64,000 bases of DNA from a virus. Lineage: Duplodnaviria > Heunggongvirae > Uroviricota > Caudoviricetes > Straboviridae. Position 1 is the first letter of the stretch. Each line of letters begins with the position of its first letter. Shown in pieces: positions 28,636 to 39,208 of this stretch. The stretch lies in IMG/VR virus record IMGVR_UViG_638275429_000001, positions 87,740 through 151,739 of that record; one strand, given 5' to 3'. Below the pieces are notes generated by a model. That model saw only the letters and a program-made list of their open reading frames with translations, did no database searches and had not been told where the DNA came from. The position numbers were made by a program, and so were the translations under genes.

Positions 28636-29246
28636 TTGACTCCTAATGCTCCCAGAATTGCACCTGGACCTTCTATAACAGCAGGCCACTGATTACCACA
28701 TTCGCACGACAGTGGAACGACGGCATATATCTTGTTTGCTGACAGCTTACCAACTATTTGGCGAATGTCGTCGATATGCAATTGTTTAAACAGAAGGTCT
28801 TTCTCCAGGTCGCTCGCATTATCCCACGATATAACCTGCCCATCATGCTCAAAAGACACCAAACAACGATCAACCATTTCAAACGGATCACGGTCCTCAA
28901 ACATTTTAGGATGCCTGAGGTTGATTATAACGCCGCCGGCATGATGAGTCAATGCATCATCGGAAGTGACACTTATAGCATCAGGTGAAACAACGAAACT
29001 GTGTTCATTGCCACAGGTGCATTTTGTTTTCATCTTAATCTGTTTGCGTTTTGATAATGCTACCAATTTAACGAAAGCTTGCTCCGCTAAATGCTTTGGA
29101 AGCTCTCCGAATCGACTCTCGATTGTCTGATTTACTGCTTCTTCAGGAGAGTTTATTGAGTAGGAATTAACCAACCCCAAATACTCTGAAACTGTAAGCA
29201 TATCAGTTTCAACGGCTTTGCCGCCTATCGTCATTTTAATTTGCAT
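28632..29246 (-). CDS. gp26: Baseplate hub assembly protein gp26
   Basis: CTCG and CECG motifs, INLRHPKMFED; synteny. Start set by GGAGGA SD. Confidence 0.85.
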   Translation of the reverse strand: MQIKMTIGGKAVETDMLTVSEYLGLVNSYSINSPEEAVNQTIESRFGELPKHLAEQAFVKLVALSKRKQIKMKTKCTCGNEHSFVVSPDAISVTSDDALTHHAGGVIINLRHPKMFEDRDPFEMVDRCLVSFEHDGQVISWDNASDLEKDLLFKQLHIDDIRQIVGKLSANKIYAVVPLSCECGNQWPAVIEGPGAILGALGVK

Positions 29247-29265
29247 GGGACTATCCTCCAGAAGG

Positions 29266-29275
29266 TATTTAAATA
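29266..29275. promoter_or_regulatory. Palindromic late promoter serving divergent genes 26 and 51
   Basis: TATTTAAATA reads TTTAAATA on both strands. Confidence 0.6.
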
Positions 29276-29292
29276 ATCTAAAAGGAGTGCGT

Positions 29293-30039
29293 ATGAATAT
29301 AATTCGTGTAAAACTTCCAGGCGGAACGAAAAGATTTAAGCCATTCACGGTATCAGAATATCGTGACTTGTTGCTCGTTCGAAATGAAATGCGAAGCAAT
29401 CCAAAAGAGCGCCAAGAAATTCTCGACGAACTTTTGGCTGAGATGTTTCCGGAGTATACTCCGTTCGAACGGGAGTATATTTTTCTTAACGTCTACATCG
29501 GAAGCATGGGTAAGGCATTAGTTGATGCGACATTTAAATGCCCTAAATGCGGGTCGACCCACCGTATACGTCTTAAACTCACCCAGGAACCTATGAAGGC
29601 TCCCGAACTGACGGTAAACAACATAACGTTCAAATTCAAAATGCCTGAGAAATCGGAGGCACCTGACGTGTTGTTTAATAAGACTATTGATAAGATATCT
29701 GATGGAGAAAACGAATACAACTGGAGTGATCTGGTTGATCAGCGCGACGAACTCATCGATATGATATCTTACGAGGAATTTGTCGAATTGTCTAAAAGCT
29801 TTAGATCGATAAAGGTTTCTCAAAAGATACAATGTTGTGTTGAGCATGATTTGTCATTTGACAATATGCTTGAACTTTTTGAAGTTCTTTTGAATCCTGA
29901 TGAAATATTCAACTTTTACAAAATCAATAGGGCACTTGTGAAATATGACTATTCGCTAGATGACGTCATGTCCATGATGCCAGTCGAGCGTTCAATAGTT
30001 CTGAGCCTCGTTGAAAAGGAATTGAAGGAGAAAAAATAA
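29293..30039 (+). CDS. gp51: Baseplate hub assembly protein gp51
   Basis: RFKPFTVSEYRDLLLVR, CPKCG and MMPVERSIVLSLVEKE motifs. AAGGAG SD. Confidence 0.92.
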   Translation: MNIIRVKLPGGTKRFKPFTVSEYRDLLLVRNEMRSNPKERQEILDELLAEMFPEYTPFEREYIFLNVYIGSMGKALVDATFKCPKCGSTHRIRLKLTQEPMKAPELTVNNITFKFKMPEKSEAPDVLFNKTIDKISDGENEYNWSDLVDQRDELIDMISYEEFVELSKSFRSIKVSQKIQCCVEHDLSFDNMLELFEVLLNPDEIFNFYKINRALVKYDYSLDDVMSMMPVERSIVLSLVEKELKEKK

Positions 30040-31154
30040 TGCTTCAAAGAGCCGGATATCCTAACGTATCCATAAAATTGTACCAAAATTATGACGCCTG
30101 GTTGGAAAACAGATTCATTGAACTGGCCGCGACATTTGTCACATTAACAATGCGTGATGGCCTAATGAACGGAATCAATGAAGGTCTATTGCAGATTTAT
30201 GACGCAAACAACCTTCAAACAAAACTAACCGGCGATGAGATTATTCAAACATCTCTAAAAACTGCGAACACTGAAATCACATATAACAGACTTTACGGCA
30301 TAAAGCATATCGGTGCTTCGGTCGATATGAAAGGCGATAACATAATCACCTTCCAGCTTGGCTCGATGCATTATGTGAAGAATTTGAAATTTTCGCGGAT
30401 GTTCACCAATAATGCGGTTGTATCTGTTCAGGAAATGATGGACTACATTTACAACGATCAGGTTAAATTGATGCCGCCATTTCAGTCGGTCAACACACGA
30501 GTTCCAATGACAAACTGGGTTCTTGGAATAAACGATTATTTCAATTTTATTCGCAAATTCGGCCAGACTGTTGAGAGAGAACATATACCTCTCGTCTGGG
30601 AGGACATGGAAGGCCTGCACATCTCGGATTTCGCGGAAATGCAATCAAAAGAACCGATTAGTTATATCGTAACCGAGCCAAGGCTTTTGGGCGAAACGAT
30701 ATCGATGATAGACCACAAAGTTTGTTTTGATTTCGAATGGCTGACCAAAGCAAATGGCTACACCCGAAATCCATACAAGAACATGTCGTTTTATGCTCAC
30801 TCTTTCATCGACAAGCGACAAACAAGAGTTGTTACCGGTGAAGGTCTTAACGCTACATCGATTAGTCGTTCGGGCGCTTATTATGACCAAATCGATCGAT
30901 CTGGATCAGAGGAATACAATCGCATGCTGACATTTTCACAGTATGACGCATATTGCAGCGCGAAAACATACGGTGAGTTCGGCCTAACACCTGGGAAAAA
31001 GTTGGAGTTTTACGACAAAAAGAACCAATTCCTTGGCGAATATTTCGTTGACGAAGTTATTCACGAGATTTCACGAGAGCAGTCAATAACAAGCATGTTT
31101 ATGTTCAATAACTCGGTTAAAATAACTAACCACGAAGAAAGGCAAATATCATGA
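30039..31154 (+). CDS. gp27: Baseplate hub subunit gp27
   Basis: QRAGYPNVSIKLYQNYDAWLENRFIELAAT matches T4 gp27. Confidence 0.95.
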   Translation: MLQRAGYPNVSIKLYQNYDAWLENRFIELAATFVTLTMRDGLMNGINEGLLQIYDANNLQTKLTGDEIIQTSLKTANTEITYNRLYGIKHIGASVDMKGDNIITFQLGSMHYVKNLKFSRMFTNNAVVSVQEMMDYIYNDQVKLMPPFQSVNTRVPMTNWVLGINDYFNFIRKFGQTVEREHIPLVWEDMEGLHISDFAEMQSKEPISYIVTEPRLLGETISMIDHKVCFDFEWLTKANGYTRNPYKNMSFYAHSFIDKRQTRVVTGEGLNATSISRSGAYYDQIDRSGSEEYNRMLTFSQYDAYCSAKTYGEFGLTPGKKLEFYDKKNQFLGEYFVDEVIHEISREQSITSMFMFNNSVKITNHEERQIS

Positions 31155-31678
31155 AACCACGCCTAAATATTATCCCTGCTGTTAAAATCATCAATGTTAA
31201 TGGCAAAGAGATCAAAATACCTAAATTGGGTTTCCGTCAGATGAAGCTCATGAAAGATATGCAAGGTGTCGACGATTGTATGGTTGGATTGTTAGACTCA
31301 ATTCGCCCCGGCTTAACGGCTGCGGAAGCTGATATGGTAATACTCCACTTGCTGGCATTCAACAAACGTATTCAAACTGTTCAATTGGTTGGCGGCGTTG
31401 AGATTGATATCGATAAAGCGTATATGTGCGCCGTATATGATTTTGACTTTGACGGCAAAACGATTCATTTCAAAGCGCCAGCAGTTACAGATCGTTTTGT
31501 TAGCAAAATCGATATCCTGGAAAAACAATTTGACCGCGATAAAACCGGGTTCGACTTCGATTTTAGAGAAGCACCGGCGTTCGTGCTTGATTGGGCGGAC
31601 GAAATAATTGCCACTATTGCACTCGACACACCAGTTGGGACCATTTACGGCGGTTCTAGCATAGTCGGAACAATATAA
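31151..31678 (+). CDS. gp28: Baseplate hub distal subunit gp28
   Basis: IKIPKLG, RPGLTAAEADMVILHLL and PAFVLDWAD motifs. Confidence 0.9.
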   Translation: MKPRLNIIPAVKIINVNGKEIKIPKLGFRQMKLMKDMQGVDDCMVGLLDSIRPGLTAAEADMVILHLLAFNKRIQTVQLVGGVEIDIDKAYMCAVYDFDFDGKTIHFKAPAVTDRFVSKIDILEKQFDRDKTGFDFDFREAPAFVLDWADEIIATIALDTPVGTIYGGSSIVGTI

Positions 31679-31687
31679 GAGGTTAAA

Positions 31688-33388
31688 ATGACTACATCAT
31701 TACGCGATTTGCGTAGACAAAAACAGCAAAATGATGCTACTAAAAATTTAGCGTCAGACGTTCAAAAGGCGGTTAACCAGCCGCCTAATGGAGATTCGCT
31801 GGCTGCACAGGAGCTTATCGCTGAAACTGTTGAACAGGGCAACAATGAACTACGACAGATAAAAGCGAATACAGCTAGCCTGCATGATACAGCCGCCGCA
31901 ACTGAGCTTGGCGCTGAATCGACAGAAATGTCAAACACCATTCTTCGTGAAATATCCGAAACTGGTAAGCAGACATTCAGCAAATTGAGTGAGTTTGCCG
32001 AGCGCCTCAAAGGCAGTTTTAGTGCTGATGACGTTGAACAGACGCCTATACGCGCTGCTTCTTCATCTGACCAGGCAATTCAGATAATCAATGAAGAAAA
32101 CCCGGAGCCGGAAAATCCTTTAGTTGGATATTTGAGAACAATCTCCGAAGATATCAAATTCCTGAGAGAGAATAAAAACGAGCCAAGCGATCCAAAAGAC
32201 CCTGATGTTGTCCCTGACGACAAAGATGATCTTAAAACGATGATTGACCGCATTGGCGATCAGATCGTTAAATCTGTTGACTCAGGCTTCAAACGTACCG
32301 TTAACATTGCCGATTCAATAAGTTCAACACTGTTTAAATACACCATAACAGCTGCGTTGAATTTTGCGAAGATGGCCGCGCTGGTTCTTTCTCTTATAAT
32401 CGCATTTGATGTTTTAAGCCGTCATTTCTCTCATTGGACTCAAATGTTTCAGGAGCAATACGCTGAGTTTAAAGAAACCCTCGGTTCTTTTGGGACGCCA
32501 TTTGAAAACTTGACCGGTATTGTAACGGATTTGGTCAATTATTTCAAATCAGACGAATATCTCAAAATGTTTGTTAGACTCGCTGAAGGTGCTGCTGACC
32601 AAATGATTTACATTGTCAACATGATGATGGTTGGGCTGGCTAAATTGGGAGCTGCTATACTTCGAGCCCTTGGTGCTGACGATAAAGCTGATACTCTAGA
32701 AGCTTCTGCAATATCGGTAGCGACAAAGACTGTTGGATATACTCCATCTGAAGAAGAGGAGGCCACGATTGGTCGAGTCCGCAAACGCCAAGCCCAGGAA
32801 GAAGCTGAACAGAGTGAAGCGAGCTGGTGGGAAAAGAAAAAGCGCGAATGGGATGGCAAGCCGATTGAAACTGATGAAGAGAAAGCAGTTCGTGAGCGCA
32901 AAAAGTCCATTGCTGAAAATACAACGGCTGAGCAATTCGGTAAGCATGATGCTCTAAGTCAGAAGATTCAACACGTGGGCGTTACCGCTGAAAAGAACGA
33001 AACTTCAAACGAACTTCTCGGAAAACATCGTGAACTGCTTGAAAAACGAGCCAGTGATGTTGAGCAAGCCAAGCAATCAGGCGAGATCACGACCGAGTCA
33101 TATAAACAATTGAAGGTTGAGATCGAGAAGCAGCGCGAGTTTTTAGACGCACATGAACAGAAACTCCTGAAACCTAAAGCTTCAATCAAGCCGGCACCAG
33201 AGCCTGAAATTGGTGTTGTAGGATCAATCGCAAAGGAAGAAAAGCGGGTTGAAGCATCTCAAACAGCTAAACAAGAAGCAGCTAGCAACTATAACACAAA
33301 TGCTAACATCGTCAAGAACAACAACCAGACACTGGTCCAAGCTCCACGGACTAGTTCACCTGGACCAGGTATAGGAAACCATTTATGA
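31688..33388 (+). CDS. gp29: Baseplate hub / tail tape-measure protein gp29
   Basis: LAAQELIAETVEQGNNELR and SSTLFKYTITAALNFAKMAA motifs; synteny. Confidence 0.92.
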   Translation: MTTSLRDLRRQKQQNDATKNLASDVQKAVNQPPNGDSLAAQELIAETVEQGNNELRQIKANTASLHDTAAATELGAESTEMSNTILREISETGKQTFSKLSEFAERLKGSFSADDVEQTPIRAASSSDQAIQIINEENPEPENPLVGYLRTISEDIKFLRENKNEPSDPKDPDVVPDDKDDLKTMIDRIGDQIVKSVDSGFKRTVNIADSISSTLFKYTITAALNFAKMAALVLSLIIAFDVLSRHFSHWTQMFQEQYAEFKETLGSFGTPFENLTGIVTDLVNYFKSDEYLKMFVRLAEGAADQMIYIVNMMMVGLAKLGAAILRALGADDKADTLEASAISVATKTVGYTPSEEEEATIGRVRKRQAQEEAEQSEASWWEKKKREWDGKPIETDEEKAVRERKKSIAENTTAEQFGKHDALSQKIQHVGVTAEKNETSNELLGKHRELLEKRASDVEQAKQSGEITTESYKQLKVEIEKQREFLDAHEQKLLKPKASIKPAPEPEIGVVGSIAKEEKRVEASQTAKQEAASNYNTNANIVKNNNQTLVQAPRTSSPGPGIGNHL

Positions 33389-34413
33389 AGGTAACCGAAC
33401 TTATTGATGGCGGAGTTCAAGACGTCGTCAAAGGAATACTGAAAGGAGAGAACCCTGCCGGGGGTTCTACTCCGCGACAGCCATTGAGTAAAATCACAAT
33501 CGCGCAGTTCCCAGCCGAACGAAATGCTGCTAATGATTCGACTCAAGATTTCAACGTAAACGATCTGTATAAAAATGGTCTATTGTTATCGGCGTTTAAC
33601 TATTCCGGCCGACAGACTGGCGATCTTCGATCGTTTAGAACCGATCAGAATAACATCGGCGACTATCGCAAGGGTGTTGTCAAGGAAGCCATCGCTAATA
33701 TCCTGATGCCAAAAGGGCAAACTGATATAGATACAATCAACCACAAATTCAATGATGTCCAGCAATCACTGGTTGAACGAGGTAATGGATCAATAACCGG
33801 TGCTCTGAGTAGCATGGCGTCGCACGCTGTTTATGGTGGTCTTGAATCCATTACACAAGGTGCATTCGCGGATCGAGGCGAACAAGTTTATATTGCTTCA
33901 CGCGCTATGTACGCGGGAGCTGAAAATAGAACTAAGACCTACACTTGGCAACTTACTCCTCGTAATGTTTACGATCTGGTCGAAATAATCAAGATATATG
34001 AGATGCTTTCGTATTATTCATACGGCTCAGTTGAGAAATCAAATACAGCTAATGATATTCGAAAATCGGTTGACGCTGCGTATAAAGAAACGATCATTAA
34101 CCCATTAACCCCTGAAGCTACCCATGGGCAAACAACAATGTTTGAACGGATAACTTCATTCTTGAGCAATGTCAACGTTGTGTCAAACCCGATAATTTGG
34201 ACAATACGCAACTTTGGCCAGAGTAGTTCGTTTGATTCACGCTCGGATATATTTGGCCCAGCACAAATCCAGAGCATCCGATTTGACAAAAGTCCTGATG
34301 GGCATTTTGGCGGTTTAGCTGTAGCGCCAAACTTGCCGTCCAGTTTCGTGCTTGAAGTTACATTCCGCGAAATCCTGGCACTGAATCGTTCTGACCTATA
34401 CAGCGAGGATTAA
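33385..34413 (+). CDS. gp48: Baseplate tail-tube cap gp48
   Basis: AQFPAERNAAND, LYKNGLL and FGPAQIQSIRFDKSPDGHF motifs. Confidence 0.95.
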   Translation: MKVTELIDGGVQDVVKGILKGENPAGGSTPRQPLSKITIAQFPAERNAANDSTQDFNVNDLYKNGLLLSAFNYSGRQTGDLRSFRTDQNNIGDYRKGVVKEAIANILMPKGQTDIDTINHKFNDVQQSLVERGNGSITGALSSMASHAVYGGLESITQGAFADRGEQVYIASRAMYAGAENRTKTYTWQLTPRNVYDLVEIIKIYEMLSYYSYGSVEKSNTANDIRKSVDAAYKETIINPLTPEATHGQTTMFERITSFLSNVNVVSNPIIWTIRNFGQSSSFDSRSDIFGPAQIQSIRFDKSPDGHFGGLAVAPNLPSSFVLEVTFREILALNRSDLYSED

Positions 34414-34414
34414 T

Positions 34415-35272
34415 ATGTACCGTTTAGATGAATTTCAACAGGAATTGAACAAAGACTTCCAGCGTTCCAATATGTTCTCGGTTGTCTTTGCGACCACACC
34501 ATCGTCAAAGACAACCGAATTACTTGATGGGTTCGGTGGTTTTCTTTATAACAACCTGCCGTTTGGTAAGGATTTCGCCGGATTAACCCAGGGGATGATT
34601 TCGAGCTCGCTCAATAAGATCATTGTGCAAGGTACTCAGTCGGTGATGAGGAGTTCCGGGGTATCCAAATACCTCATTGGGGCTATGACATCTCGAACAG
34701 TTCAAAGCATTTTAGGACAGTTTGAGGTTGGTACATATCTTCTCGACTTTTTCAACGCTGGAAATACGCACACTGGTTTAACCGTTTATTCCGTTCAAAT
34801 GCCGGAAAACCGTCTTGGCTATGAAATGGATAAATTCCATAATGCGCCGAACATAAAGCTGATGGGACGTGAATATGATCCTCTCGTCATCAGTTTCCGG
34901 ATGGACCACCAAGCTTCAAACTATCGCGCGATGCAGGATTGGGTTAACGCTGTTGAAGACCCCGTAACTGGGTTGAGATCGTTGCCAGCCGATGTTGAAG
35001 CGGATATCCAAATCAACTTGCATGCCCGAGACGGTATTCCACACACGGTGACAATGTTCGGTGGGTGCATACCTGTCGCCGTCTCATCACCGGAGCTTAG
35101 CTATGAAGACAACAATACAATAACAACATTTAATGTGACTTTCGCATATCGCGTTATGAGTGTTGGCGCCGTGAATATGGCAATGGTTGATGATTGGCTT
35201 AAAGGAGATTTGTTGCCTGCGCTTGGATCGCAAGCTGGTGGGTGGCTTTCTAAATTTGGACCATTTAGCTAA
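34415..35272 (+). CDS. gp54: Baseplate tail-tube initiator gp54
   Basis: DFQRSNMFSVVFATTPSSK and NYRAMQDWVNAVEDPVTGLR motifs. Confidence 0.95.
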   Translation: MYRLDEFQQELNKDFQRSNMFSVVFATTPSSKTTELLDGFGGFLYNNLPFGKDFAGLTQGMISSSLNKIIVQGTQSVMRSSGVSKYLIGAMTSRTVQSILGQFEVGTYLLDFFNAGNTHTGLTVYSVQMPENRLGYEMDKFHNAPNIKLMGREYDPLVISFRMDHQASNYRAMQDWVNAVEDPVTGLRSLPADVEADIQINLHARDGIPHTVTMFGGCIPVAVSSPELSYEDNNTITTFNVTFAYRVMSVGAVNMAMVDDWLKGDLLPALGSQAGGWLSKFGPFS

Positions 35273-35297
35273 AAAGGGAGCCCTAGGGCTCCCTTTG
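35273..35297. terminator. Bidirectional terminator between gene 54 and alt
   Basis: aaagggagccc-ta-gggctcccttt. Confidence 0.85.
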
Positions 35298-35299
35298 TT

Positions 35300-37228
35300 T
35301 TATTCGAAGAACTTCGGCGATACGCCGTCAAAGCTCATAGCGTTGGCTAAAACACTAAACGATTCTGCTTTGGTGAGTTTAGGCTCGTTGCGCGACTTGA
35401 CGAAATTGCTAAATCCCATCGGCTTAACTTCGCCAGTTTCCAGCAAATGGTCACCGTCGTAAATTACTTCGCTTTCTTCCAGCATATTTAACCCGACAGC
35501 TTCGCATTCAACGATAACGTTTGTACGGCCGCCTGTGCCGCCAGCTTTGTATGTTTTGTTGAATTTGAAGACTGTACCGCGAGGCAAAATAAATTCGCAC
35601 TCATCATTGTGCTCTGACCAATAGCCCGGGAATATTGCTGGGACTTTAGTCTCGGTTATGACGAAACCAAAATAAATTGCTTCATCCATTTTGTCTGCAA
35701 CTTCAATATTTGTCGGGTCAACTTCTTCGCGGTTCAATGAGATATCTGACGACGAACCCAATTGGCCTGAATACATTATAGGTTTTGCTGAAGTGGACAC
35801 AAAGTTGGAAAAGTAAAAAGCTTTATTTTCCATCGCTGCTTTCGATACCCAGCTATCCGATCGCTGACCTCGGTAGAGTGTCATTCCTTTTGGTATACGA
35901 AGGCCAGCCTTTTTGAATGCCGTATCAATTGCTTCGATATCCCGCTTGGTGTCAGGATCGAGGTGTCGCATATTTCCAGTAAGAGTGCCATTTATGTTTA
36001 TGTACCCTTCGGCACAATACATCTCAACCGCTTTTCTTGAAGCGACCGGAGCCTCGGAAAGAGAATATTCAACGCGATCTTTATACTGCCGGTTGAATTT
36101 ACTCTCTATGAGAAGTTGGTAATTATGGAGAGCCTGTTTGATACGCGGGTCTGCACGTCTGCGCGCCATGTCCATAACCATTTTCTCTTTGCCTGGATGG
36201 TCATCGCTTATATGATCCAAACGTTCAAGAGTTTTGTCATATTCGTCTTCGATATAAACATCGCTGATAATCTGGGTAAAAGCATTGAGTGCTTCAATAC
36301 CATTTATGCTTTTGTTATCTGACGCGATAATAATTGCATCGATTTCAGTCTGCTCGAGTTCGATCTTATCGCCGAAAGCTTGGATAAAATCACGATCCGG
36401 CGCCATAAATGTTTGCGCAGCAACGTTATATGACTCGATATTTCGACCTTCAGAGTTGATTATGTTTTCAACCGGTTCGAAATAACTGGTGGCATCAAAC
36501 TTATCGATATTGTTCGCGGCGTTGAAGGTTTTGATAATTTCAGCACGGCTTATTTTGAAGTGCGTTGCTGAATTCATCGGGCGTTTGTCTTCTTTCTTTT
36601 CGATAGACTTCGCAATAGCCTCCGTCTTTGTAACTGTTTGGCCGGTTTTTGTGTCAGTTACAATATCTCCAACTTTGGTGTTTGTGATAGTGTAGAGCTC
36701 AGGGTCTATTTCCAATCCAGCAACGCCGGTGATGCCGACTGACTTCCGATACATCATAATGTATGTATATTTGCCAGCGTGCTCGAGCAACTCTGGCAAT
36801 ACAATGAAACGACCGCCGCCTCGTGTTTTGAGCAGGCGAGAAGCTATTCGCCCAATAGTTTTTGACTGGCCATGCAGACTTTTCGTCGGGAAGCGAAGCA
36901 GTGCCCCATCCAGCCGATATTTGACCATCACATTCAATATTTCGTCGCATATGACGTTCATAGCGCCAATCGGATCATTACCAAGGCCGGTTTTAAGGAC
37001 CTGTAGATTGCCTTTTGGCGAAAGTTGCATTACTTGAATCTGCATGAATTTATCGCCTGTTTTGACTTGCTTAACAGCATCGCCTTTGGCCGCATAGTTG
37101 CAGAATCGAATTACCAGATTTTCAGCTCCAGGAGCTTTAATCATAAGCATATGTGGCACTTTTGCTTTGGGCGTTAAATTTACGACATCATACTTTCCAG
37201 CTGCGTCGAATACTTCGGTTAATAACAT
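35300..37228 (-). CDS. alt: Alt-like RNA polymerase ADP-ribosyltransferase, copy 1
   Basis: T4 Alt N-terminal region; R-S-E motifs LYRGQ, NFVSTS, ECEFILPRG; C-terminal VIYDGDHLLETGE. Confidence 0.93.
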   Translation of the reverse strand: MLLTEVFDAAGKYDVVNLTPKAKVPHMLMIKAPGAENLVIRFCNYAAKGDAVKQVKTGDKFMQIQVMQLSPKGNLQVLKTGLGNDPIGAMNVICDEILNVMVKYRLDGALLRFPTKSLHGQSKTIGRIASRLLKTRGGGRFIVLPELLEHAGKYTYIMMYRKSVGITGVAGLEIDPELYTITNTKVGDIVTDTKTGQTVTKTEAIAKSIEKKEDKRPMNSATHFKISRAEIIKTFNAANNIDKFDATSYFEPVENIINSEGRNIESYNVAAQTFMAPDRDFIQAFGDKIELEQTEIDAIIIASDNKSINGIEALNAFTQIISDVYIEDEYDKTLERLDHISDDHPGKEKMVMDMARRRADPRIKQALHNYQLLIESKFNRQYKDRVEYSLSEAPVASRKAVEMYCAEGYININGTLTGNMRHLDPDTKRDIEAIDTAFKKAGLRIPKGMTLYRGQRSDSWVSKAAMENKAFYFSNFVSTSAKPIMYSGQLGSSSDISLNREEVDPTNIEVADKMDEAIYFGFVITETKVPAIFPGYWSEHNDECEFILPRGTVFKFNKTYKAGGTGGRTNVIVECEAVGLNMLEESEVIYDGDHLLETGEVKPMGFSNFVKSRNEPKLTKAESFSVLANAMSFDGVSPKFFE

Positions 37229-37257
37229 TTTGACTCCAAAGGGCCCGGAGGCCCTTA

Positions 37258-39177
37258 TTAATTGTAAAACTTCGGCGACATATCTTCATCAGAGATAATT
37301 GATGCGAGAATATTTCGCCCTACCTGGGCTTTATTAAGCTTTTGAGCTTCATCGGCCACAACACTTTCGGAAAGGAAGCTTGAGAACCCTTGGATTATCT
37401 TTAGCTCACCGGTCTCCATCAGATGATCGCCATCATAGACAACGTCTGATTCATTCAACGAGCTCGCCGAAACAGCTATGCACTCCGCCCAAACAGTTGT
37501 CTGGCTTGAAAAGCTATAATCCGGGTCGATAATTTCAGCCTTCGAGACAGCAGTGAATTTGAAAGTTGTTCCACGGGGCAATATTACCTCGTTTTCATGC
37601 GGATGTTTTGATGTATTGCCTGGTATAATAACAGGAACCTGGACATCATGGACAGCAAAACCGAAAAATGTTTTCTTTTGTTCTGCTACTTGCGTCTCTT
37701 CACTGCTTATCATCGCTTTTGAAATATTCTTGTTTCCACCAATACCGCTACCGAAAATATTCGGAGTGAACGAGCATGATACATAATTGGAGAAATAGAA
37801 CATCTTGTTGGCCAAAGAAATATTCGCCAGCTCAGAAGCGACTTTCATCCCACGATAAACCGACATGCCTTCAGGCAATTTCATTCCAATGTTCTTAAAT
37901 CCTTTATCCAGACCTTTTATCCACCGCTCTTCACGCTCGCCTGGCTTCATATTAAGCACAAACACGTCGTTTATATCTTCGTAATACACACCAGTGTATT
38001 GCTTAACAGCGGTCGAAACTTCATTGGTCATGTGTTTTTCATTGTACACATCAGCAAAAGAAATTACCTGCGACATCTTTTTACGCTGAGAATCATTAAC
38101 AGCTCGCATCATATCAACCATGTGATTTTCAATATATTTTTCGCGAGTCAAAGATTCGGATTTATTTGTTAGTTCATCAAAGCGAGGGCTCAAGTATTCT
38201 GATATGTCGTATGCCAGTGATGCCATGTTTTTAGCATTAACAACTTCATATTTCTTCACAACTTCATATGGCAGATCAACTTGTCCTAAATCGCCGTTGC
38301 CATAACGCGGGGAATTAACAATAACTCCGATAGCTTCTGATTCAGGAGATGTTTTACCGCCCAGGGCCGTTATTTCATCTGGGTTTTCAAATCGGTCACC
38401 GTGAATTTCAAGTGAATTTGCAAATTTATCAGATGTTAGTGCTCGCGACGCATCCAGGAAAGCCTTCTTGTCAAGGTGCGCACCCGTGAGAACAGATCGA
38501 GGGCTGCGCTTGTTTTCTTTGGCCGCCAAAGTGCCTTCAACAGCTTCAACTTTTGTTACTTTCTCGCCGGTCTTTTTGTCGATTACGACCTCACCGACTG
38601 CAGCCGGAACGATTTCATAAAGCTCTGGATCAATTCCTAGGCCTTTAATGTCAGCCAATTGTTTCGATTTGCGAGCAACAAGGATGTACATGTACTTGTT
38701 TTCGAATTTGGCCATCCCAGGCACATATTGAAACATTCCTTTCCCGCGCTTGTTAACGATGCGCTCAGCGATTCGAGCGAGTGTCTTGGATTGACCCTGG
38801 AGTTGTTTGATCGGGAATCTGATGAGACATGCATCAGCGTGAATAAGTTTCATCACGTCAATTGTGGTGTCACATATCGCATTCATTGCATCGATCGGGT
38901 CTGAACCAAGTCCTCCCTTCAAAACTTGCAGGTTGCCTTTGTCAGACATTTGCATGATTTGAACTTGCATGAATTTATCGCCTGGCTTAACCTGCTTGAC
39001 GGCATCACCTTTTGCAGCGTAGTTGCAGAATCGAACAACCAAATTTTCTTTTCCCGCAGCAGCGATAGCCATCATATGTGGCACTTTTGCTTTGGGCGTT
39101 AGATTAGCGACATTAAATTTCATCGCTGAATCGAACACTTCATTAAGCTGCCCGTCCATAGCGTTATCAATTACCAT
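37258..39177 (-). CDS. alt: Alt-like RNA polymerase ADP-ribosyltransferase, copy 2
   Basis: Paralogue of copy 1; VYRGM, NYVSCS, ENEVILPRG. GGAG SD before ATG 39177 and GTTTAAATA upstream. Confidence 0.93.
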   Translation of the reverse strand: MVIDNAMDGQLNEVFDSAMKFNVANLTPKAKVPHMMAIAAAGKENLVVRFCNYAAKGDAVKQVKPGDKFMQVQIMQMSDKGNLQVLKGGLGSDPIDAMNAICDTTIDVMKLIHADACLIRFPIKQLQGQSKTLARIAERIVNKRGKGMFQYVPGMAKFENKYMYILVARKSKQLADIKGLGIDPELYEIVPAAVGEVVIDKKTGEKVTKVEAVEGTLAAKENKRSPRSVLTGAHLDKKAFLDASRALTSDKFANSLEIHGDRFENPDEITALGGKTSPESEAIGVIVNSPRYGNGDLGQVDLPYEVVKKYEVVNAKNMASLAYDISEYLSPRFDELTNKSESLTREKYIENHMVDMMRAVNDSQRKKMSQVISFADVYNEKHMTNEVSTAVKQYTGVYYEDINDVFVLNMKPGEREERWIKGLDKGFKNIGMKLPEGMSVYRGMKVASELANISLANKMFYFSNYVSCSFTPNIFGSGIGGNKNISKAMISSEETQVAEQKKTFFGFAVHDVQVPVIIPGNTSKHPHENEVILPRGTTFKFTAVSKAEIIDPDYSFSSQTTVWAECIAVSASSLNESDVVYDGDHLMETGELKIIQGFSSFLSESVVADEAQKLNKAQVGRNILASIISDEDMSPKFYN

Positions 39178-39208
39178 TGTTTTCTCCGGAGTATACGTAA
39201 AACAATAT

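Noticed and set aside
18343-35297. Recurring AAGGGAGCC...GGCTCCCTT sequences (18343, 24141, 35273 and similar)
   Set aside because: All sit at gene ends with T tracts; ordinary intrinsic terminators.
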